From: Candidatus Thorarchaeota archaeon | Lineage (GTDB): Archaea > Asgardarchaeota > Thorarchaeia > Thorarchaeales > Thorarchaeaceae | NCBI GenBank assembly: GCA_016933575.1 | Contig: JAFGAR010000146.1 | Span: 1 to 64,000 of the forward strand | Length of the DNA stretch: 64,000 nucleotides | Reading direction: 5' to 3' | Part shown: positions 58,223-64,000 of the stretch, one piece after another | How positions within the stretch are numbered: the first letter of the stretch is position 1 | How the letters are laid out: every line of letters starts with the position of its first letter | Program-made: the position numbers and the translations under genes | The notes under the pieces: generated by a model | What the model was told of the DNA's origin: nothing | Database searches by the model: none | Seen by the model: only the letters and a program-made list of their open reading frames with translations

Positions 58223-59263
58223 ATGAAAGCAACAGTATTTCACAAACATGGTTCTCCTGAGGTTCTCTCTTACGAGGACTATGATGACCCTCAGGTCACA
58301 TCAAATCAAATACTAATTCAGGTTAAAGCCGTGGCTTTGAATCATCTAGATCTCTTTGTTCGTAGTGGGATTCCCGGTCTCAATCTAGAGATGCCTCATA
58401 TCCTTGGAAGTGATATCAGTGGAGTGGTTGTGGAACTTGGTAAGAATGTCCAGAACTCATTCCAAATCGGTCAGCAGGTCATTATAGATCCTGGAATATC
58501 CTGTGGTATTTGTGAGTTCTGCATCCGTGGTGAACAATCACTCTGTCCTTCATATGGAATTCTTGGCGAACACTATCGCGGCGGATATGCAGAACTTCTA
58601 GCAATAGACGCTAAGAATGTTGTACCAATCCCTGGTGATGCGCCTCTTGATATTGTGAATGCTGCTGCCGTACCGCTTACTTTAATGACCGCGTGGAGGA
58701 TGCTAATATCCAAGGCTCAGATACAACCTGGTGACGATCTATTAATCATAGGCATTGGCGGGGGTGTAGCTCTAGCAGGGCTTCAAATTGCTAAGACTGC
58801 TGGCGCAAGAGTAATTGTCACAAGCTCGTCGAATAGTAAATTGGAGCGAGCGAAAGAACTGGGAGCTGATATTGTAATCAATCACAATGAGATGCCGGAT
58901 TATCATAAGGAGATAGGTCGATTAACAAAGAATCGTGGTGTTGATGTCGTTCTTGATTCTGTAGGCCAGGCTACTTGGACTAGGAGCTTGAGAAGCCTAC
59001 GGAAAGGTGGTCGTCTGGTAACATGTGGGGCAACCTCTGGACCTAATGCTGAAACAAATATCAACTCTGTATTCTGGAGACAGCTTGAAATCCTTGGCTC
59101 AACGATGGGAAGCCGAGATGAACTACGCACAGCACTGAAATTGGTCTGGAATGGCAAAATTCATCCGGTAGTTGACAGAGTCCTTCCTCTCTCAAAGGCA
59201 AGAGAGGCTCATGAGCTATTAGAACGTGGTGAGCAGTTCGGAAAACTGGTGCTTACACCTTAG
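58223..59263 (+). CDS. Zinc-binding dehydrogenase/quinone oxidoreductase (MDR family)
   Basis: LNHLD, CGICEFC...C, GGGVA, FGKLVL. Confidence 0.9.
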   Translation: MKATVFHKHGSPEVLSYEDYDDPQVTSNQILIQVKAVALNHLDLFVRSGIPGLNLEMPHILGSDISGVVVELGKNVQNSFQIGQQVIIDPGISCGICEFCIRGEQSLCPSYGILGEHYRGGYAELLAIDAKNVVPIPGDAPLDIVNAAAVPLTLMTAWRMLISKAQIQPGDDLLIIGIGGGVALAGLQIAKTAGARVIVTSSSNSKLERAKELGADIVINHNEMPDYHKEIGRLTKNRGVDVVLDSVGQATWTRSLRSLRKGGRLVTCGATSGPNAETNINSVFWRQLEILGSTMGSRDELRTALKLVWNGKIHPVVDRVLPLSKAREAHELLERGEQFGKLVLTP

Positions 59264-59332
59264 GAGTTAGTAATACCTAGATACGCACCAGAATCAGACA
59301 CCGTTTCTTTACGGGTTTTGTAATGACTGATA

Positions 59333-59572
59333 TTGGTCACTATGAGAGTCGTCACTATCTGCTTACCAGAATCTTATGTTGAAGGCGTTGATGAACTGAT
59401 AGGCCAGAACAAGTATCCGAATCGTTCGGAAGTCATTCGAATTGCTATCAGAGATCTTCTTGTTGATGAATTATGGGGTGAGCGAAAACCATCCGGTGGC
59501 ATTCCTCTTCTTGCTCAGTTAGAGAAGATGGCACTTGTCCAACAGACTCCTGAACCAAATCCCCCTGCTTGA
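59333..59572 (+). CDS. Ribbon-helix-helix (CopG) regulator
   Basis: VTICLP...YPNRSEVIRIAIRDLL. Confidence 0.88.
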   Translation: MVTMRVVTICLPESYVEGVDELIGQNKYPNRSEVIRIAIRDLLVDELWGERKPSGGIPLLAQLEKMALVQQTPEPNPPA

Positions 59573-59656
59573 TGAGTATAACTGAGCTATCTTTTTCTAT
59601 ATCTATGTTGCATTTGTGACTACTAGCTCGCTAACTATAAAGGAGCGAATCTGAAT

Positions 59657-60223
59657 ATGTCACGATTCTTTAAGCGCAAGAAATCAGAAGAAGAAAAAAC
59701 AGAAACAGAGAAGGTAGAGTCCACAGAGGATGCTCCAACTGGGACTGAAACCACTGAAGAGGAAGTTCATGAAGCTGAAGGTGCAGAGGCTGAAATTGAA
59801 GCAACACCTACAGGTCGACAGGCAACTATTCCTTATCATTCAACAATTCAAGAGCGTCTAATGTACATGTTCAATGATTCGCATATGGGCGCAGGAATTG
59901 AAGGGACCGATGAATTCTACATCGAGTTCATGGCCATGGGTGAACGTTTCTGGATTGGAAAAGCTCCCCTTGGAGACATTGCGATGAAGACGGGTGCAAT
60001 GACCGAACAAGACGCACATGTTCGAATGTCGAACGATGTTGTTGCAGACCTGCTCTCAGCTGCAACGTTCTCAGAGTTCTCAAAGATTTATCTCCAGTAC
60101 TACAAAAATGCTGAGGCTGGTAAGTTCATCAAGATTGAGGTACGAAAGCCAATAACAGATCTGAATAGACGGGGATACGCCCGAGTACCAGTCATGAAGC
60201 TTCTAATTGGTTCTGCCAGATAG
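59657..60223 (+). CDS. Hypothetical protein with acidic N-terminal region
   Basis: SD AAGGAG; Glu/Thr-rich N-terminus then globular domain. Confidence 0.75.
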   Translation: MSRFFKRKKSEEEKTETEKVESTEDAPTGTETTEEEVHEAEGAEAEIEATPTGRQATIPYHSTIQERLMYMFNDSHMGAGIEGTDEFYIEFMAMGERFWIGKAPLGDIAMKTGAMTEQDAHVRMSNDVVADLLSAATFSEFSKIYLQYYKNAEAGKFIKIEVRKPITDLNRRGYARVPVMKLLIGSAR

Positions 60224-60306
60224 TATGCAGATAAAGACCCACTCTGTCCTCTAGTAATAGTTATAATCAGGACTTTGGCAGTTAGAGGCATTCAGGTGGG
60301 ATATGA

Positions 60307-60990
60307 TTGGATAATATAGAAACACCAGTTGTCATTATCAATCTGAAGACGTACTCACAAGCTACCGGCGAGAAGGCAGTCCTGATGGCTCAGGCTTGCG
60401 AGAGGGTCTCAAATGAATATGATGTTCCAATAGTTGTAGCACCACAAATGCCAGATCTATATCGTGTTGCTAAGGCTGTTGAGATACCTGTGTTTTCGCA
60501 GCATATGGACCCTGGGGAACCTGGACGTTTTACTGGGCATGTTTTGGGTGAAGCACTTGTCGAATCTGGATGTGCTGGAACCCTTCTCAATCACTCTGAG
60601 CATAGAATGCAATTAGCAGATATTGAAGAAGCGATTCAAATTGCACATAAACTCCATCTCTATTCTGTAGTGTGCACAAACAACATTCAGGTAAGTGTTG
60701 CTGCAGCATGCATGAGACCTTGGTCAGTTGCTGTGGAACCTCCAGAATTGATAGGGTCTGGAATATCTGTTTCTCAAGCTCAGCCTGAGATCATCTCTGG
60801 TACAGTGAAAAAGATACGGGCAGTTAACAAGGACGTAGTGATACTCTGTGGTGCAGGTATCAGCAATGGTGAAGACGTTACTTCAGCTATAAAACTCGGT
60901 GCACAGGGAGTCCTGCTTGCCTCTGCAGTTGCCAAATCACCAAAGCCAGAATCTGTTCTTGCTGATCTCGTAGGTCCCTTGAGCAAATAG
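60307..60990 (+). CDS. tpiA: Triosephosphate isomerase (archaeal type)
   Basis: NLKTY, NHSE, AVEPPELIG, CGAGI, LLAS. Confidence 0.96.
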   Translation: MDNIETPVVIINLKTYSQATGEKAVLMAQACERVSNEYDVPIVVAPQMPDLYRVAKAVEIPVFSQHMDPGEPGRFTGHVLGEALVESGCAGTLLNHSEHRMQLADIEEAIQIAHKLHLYSVVCTNNIQVSVAAACMRPWSVAVEPPELIGSGISVSQAQPEIISGTVKKIRAVNKDVVILCGAGISNGEDVTSAIKLGAQGVLLASAVAKSPKPESVLADLVGPLSK

Positions 60991-61044
60991 CACCTTCCGG
61001 TTCATTTTTCACTGGTTCTGGAAGTGGCTCCTTAGGCGATATCA

Positions 61045-61926
61045 GTGAAAGTTTCTCTAGAATGCGCGCATTGTCTCTTGGAACGGGCGGGGAATCAGGT
61101 ACGATTAGCCACTGATGATCCAGATCTTCAGATGCGAGTCATTCAAGCCATGACAAAGTTTCTGGGAGAGAACTTTGATAGTGATGCGGTACCCAGTCAT
61201 ATTGGAACTGATAGAGACCTCCTTGTGCAGCGTATGACTGGAAGGGACCCGTATAAGGATTTGAAGCATCAATCCAATGTAATGGCTCTTAGCATCCTTC
61301 CTGAATTGTTGCAGCTAGTTGATGAGAAAGATGGTTCTGAGTCAAGATTCAGGACCGCGACTCTAATTGCAGCAGCAGCCAATTCAATTGAGTTTGATGT
61401 ATCCGGTCGAGAATTCAGTCTTAGCGAGTTAAAGACAATTATTGAGAATGTTGAAGCTGATTTGGCCTTGGACCAAGTAGACGAATTCCGAGAACTTTGT
61501 AAAACCGCTCAGAACGTTCTCTATCTCATGGACAATGCTGGAGAGGTTGTCTTGGATATGATCTTGATCCGCGAGATCAAGAGGTTGGGTCCAAAGGTAA
61601 CCGCAGTGGTGAAGGGTGGACCAATCCTCAATGATGCAACTATGATTGATGCAGATGAAGTCGGCCTTGGAGAGTATGCAGACGATGTTGTGGATACTGG
61701 AGCTCCAGCCATTGGCGTGAATCTAGAGCGAAACTCACAGGAGTTCAAAGAACTTCTCTCATCATCAGAATTGATAGTAGCAAAAGGAATGGGCAATTTT
61801 GAGTCAATGACAGAGTTTGAACCAAGTTCTCCAACGGTTCATATAATGCGAACAAAGTGTAATCCTGTTGCCAGACATGTGGGTGTTCCGAAGAACAAGA
61901 ATGTGGTGTTGATCAGAAGTCCATAG
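61045..61926 (+). CDS. DUF89/ARMT1-like damage-control phosphatase
   Basis: CAHC, DPY, DNAGE, PILNDAT, KGMGNFE, KC. Confidence 0.92.
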   Translation: MKVSLECAHCLLERAGNQVRLATDDPDLQMRVIQAMTKFLGENFDSDAVPSHIGTDRDLLVQRMTGRDPYKDLKHQSNVMALSILPELLQLVDEKDGSESRFRTATLIAAAANSIEFDVSGREFSLSELKTIIENVEADLALDQVDEFRELCKTAQNVLYLMDNAGEVVLDMILIREIKRLGPKVTAVVKGGPILNDATMIDADEVGLGEYADDVVDTGAPAIGVNLERNSQEFKELLSSSELIVAKGMGNFESMTEFEPSSPTVHIMRTKCNPVARHVGVPKNKNVVLIRSP

Positions 61927-61934
61927 TAAACATG

Positions 61935-62765
61935 TTATGCCATATCTTCCGTGTATGGTCTCAAGCCCAGAGTGAGTGGTGAAGATGCCATGAACTCGAT
62001 CTTCAACTCTGGAAAATCAAGACTGATACTATCTCTGAGTCGTTTCATCCCAGGGTCTTCAGTCACGAAGGCACCTAGTTCTATAGTATTAATTCCCTCC
62101 TCATTCGCAAGTAATCTGATCTCAGGAGCAAGTTCGCCTGTGACGATTGTCTGGATGTCTTGTTTCTTTGCATTGATTATATCTGGCATGTCTACTACGC
62201 TACCAGCTATTAGGAGAAATTCTTCCACTTCGTCATCAAGGTCTCCGCTGAAAAAGACCGTATTGAGTCCCATCTTGGAGGCTATATAATTTGCAAAGCC
62301 AGAATGATTCTTCACACCTGGAGGATTGCAGATTCTACCGAATGGTTCTTGTTGACCAAAGTCACTCTCAACAAAGAAGTCTCCTGATTTCTCTATTCCA
62401 AGTGTGTCGACAAGAGCATCATTCATCCCATCTCTCGCGCAGAGCCAACCACTTCCAATAGTGTAGGTAGAGATGTAATTCTTAGTCAGAAGACGTACAC
62501 GAACAAGATCAAGTCCTGACAGTCTATCAACGACGAACGGAAATAGAGGGCGATATGTGATAATGAGGTTTGATTTGTCCTGGGAGGCTTTTGTTACTGC
62601 TCTCGCAGAGAGATAGGAAACCACTAGAATCTTGTTGACCGTCGTGTTTGCCTGTTCTGTAACAGTCTGAGGTCCCACTTCCACCCGATTCTCCATTCCG
62701 CGAAGCACTTTGTCGGAAGGCGAGAGTTCTTGAAGCCGTTTTAGAATTTGAAGTAAACTTGTCAT
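61935..62765 (-). CDS. NIF3-like (DUF34) protein with degenerate metal sites
   Basis: ITYRPLF, GMNDAL, GRI, IVTGE, ELGAFVTE. Confidence 0.75.
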   Translation of the reverse strand: MTSLLQILKRLQELSPSDKVLRGMENRVEVGPQTVTEQANTTVNKILVVSYLSARAVTKASQDKSNLIITYRPLFPFVVDRLSGLDLVRVRLLTKNYISTYTIGSGWLCARDGMNDALVDTLGIEKSGDFFVESDFGQQEPFGRICNPPGVKNHSGFANYIASKMGLNTVFFSGDLDDEVEEFLLIAGSVVDMPDIINAKKQDIQTIVTGELAPEIRLLANEEGINTIELGAFVTEDPGMKRLRDSISLDFPELKIEFMASSPLTLGLRPYTEDMA

Positions 62766-62856
62766 ACCTACTCTCCTCTTCTGCAGTGGTCAGATTGCTA
62801 ATGGGTAATATCCGTCTTATTCTTTTTGATGATTGGCGATATGAAGTTCTTCTTAA

Positions 62857-63225
62857 TTAATCGGATGCATCCTCATTTTCTTCAAAGTCTTCATCCAGAT
62901 CTTCATCATCATAAGAGTAGAGCTCTTCTAGTTCGTCATCGATTTCTTCGACTTCTTCCAGAACTTCTCCGATTACTGGTTCCTCATCAATGACTTCAAG
63001 TTCTGGCTCCTTGACTTTCTTTTCCTTCTCAGGTTTTGCTTTCTTCTCAATCTTACCCTTGGTATCTGCTTTCTTCTCTGGTACTACAGCCCTCTTCTTC
63101 ATCTTCCAATATTCTGTCTTTGCGGATCTCTTTCTACCCATGATTTTGTAGTCAATCTGCTCTGGATTCTGAAGATTTCTAAGTCTAGTCCGTTCACGTT
63201 TGAGGGTCTTATCTCTGTTCACCAT
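62857..63225 (-). CDS. Low-complexity protein, basic N-half and acidic tail
   Basis: Lys/Arg-rich then Glu/Asp-rich composition. Confidence 0.6.
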   Translation of the reverse strand: MVNRDKTLKRERTRLRNLQNPEQIDYKIMGRKRSAKTEYWKMKKRAVVPEKKADTKGKIEKKAKPEKEKKVKEPELEVIDEEPVIGEVLEEVEEIDDELEELYSYDDEDLDEDFEENEDASD

Positions 63226-63365
63226 CGACTATCACCGTCGCGTTCCTGCGGAGTCCTCTGATTTGTTTTATAACTGTGTCGAAAGAGAGAGAAGACAACC
63301 CTTTTGTCCTTGGTCTACTCTCAATAATTGTCTTAAGCTTCGACTTCAGTATAGGAGAAGGAATA

Positions 63366-63887
63366 ATGCCAAAGAAAGGTGTTGATGATACAATAAGCAT
63401 TCGAGTGCGTCTTGAGAAATCGCTCATAGATCGACTTGACAAGGCGGTTGGCGAGGGAAATCGTCAACGATTCATCAGAGATGCAGTTGAATGGCGTTTG
63501 GACGAGGAACTTCCACCAATCTATTATGAACTATCTGAGGAATTGGCACAACTCAACGTACGTGTTGCACATCTAGAAAAATCTCAATCAACTAGTGTCT
63601 TTCTTGGCGAACTCAACACTACTACTAATGATCAGATCTGTGCTGATGACCTAGATCGTAAATTACTAGCCTTCTTTATTCGAAATGAGGGTGGAACCAC
63701 TCCTGAACTGGCAGAGCATCTCCTCGGGGACTCTGGCAAGCGACGAACAATTCTTGATAGGATCGATAGATTGAACACACGGGCTCAGGAACTAATCGGT
63801 TCTCCCGTCCTCGAATACAAGAAGGGGTTTGTTAAGGACAAACGCGGTGCTTGGTGGCTTGTCGACCCAACATCTATTATGACATAG
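63366..63887 (+). CDS. RHH-domain protein with coiled coil and C-terminal wHTH
   Basis: ISIRVRLEKSLIDRLD...NRQRFIRDAV; TTPELAEHLL; probable start 63366 after GGAGAAGG. Confidence 0.75.
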   Translation: MPKKGVDDTISIRVRLEKSLIDRLDKAVGEGNRQRFIRDAVEWRLDEELPPIYYELSEELAQLNVRVAHLEKSQSTSVFLGELNTTTNDQICADDLDRKLLAFFIRNEGGTTPELAEHLLGDSGKRRTILDRIDRLNTRAQELIGSPVLEYKKGFVKDKRGAWWLVDPTSIMT

Positions 63888-63940
63888 TATACATGTCTTC
63901 GGAGCAAATCCTTTAAGAAACTCTGTTCTCATTGGCACTT

Positions 63941-64000
63941 GGGGCCGTAGTCTAGCCTGGATAAGGCACCAGCCTCCGGAGTTGGTAATCCCCGGTTCGA
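63941..64000 (+). tRNA. tRNA-Arg(CCG), truncated by the window end
   Basis: GGGGCCG acceptor, GTCT/AGGC D-stem, CCAGC-CTCCGGA-GTTGG anticodon arm, GGTTCGA T-loop; TTTAAG promoter ~25 nt upstream. Confidence 0.95.

Noticed and set aside
59570-59587. TGATGA-N6-CTGA K-loop-like motif at the RHH gene stop
   Set aside because: Too short for a guide RNA, only a 2-bp closing stem, and it overlaps tandem stop codons.
1-64000. Transposases, integrases, viral genes, rRNA and selenoprotein read-through
   Set aside because: No such motifs found in the ORF track; no in-frame TGA with a convincing continuation or SECIS was seen.

Overview
Archaeal chromosomal segment, most likely Asgard (probably Thorarchaeia). 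This is inferred from a Ras/Rab-like small GTPase, archaeal PriL, ABCE1, FBP aldolase/phosphatase, archaeal TIM and many C-terminally anchored surface proteins. Layout: (1) ~1-11.6 kb is an accessory region, visibly AT-rich at the left. Five copies of a ~28-nt direct repeat (GYCYTGCTTATAGTTCCTTCGTATGAGG) separate unrelated 0.8-4 kb gene modules, like a site-specific-recombination cassette array. (2) ~11.9-18.4 kb holds a small GTPase, a metal-binding partner protein, two paralogous SAM methyltransferases, a 7TM-helical protein and CPBP proteases. (3) nhaA, an HxlR regulator, then a homocysteine/aspartate-pathway operon (DUF39-ferredoxin, UPF0280, asd, aspartokinase) behind a ~200-nt structured, riboswitch-like leader. 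(4) ~25.5-64 kb is mostly housekeeping: priL, Ogg1-type glycosylase, mobB, an FtsX-type ABC system, ABCE1, udp, two aldolases and tpiA. It also contains an intergenic box C/D guide sRNA with 16S rRNA complementarity and ends in a truncated tRNA-Arg(CCG). All calls come from motifs read by eye; no searches or folding programs were run.
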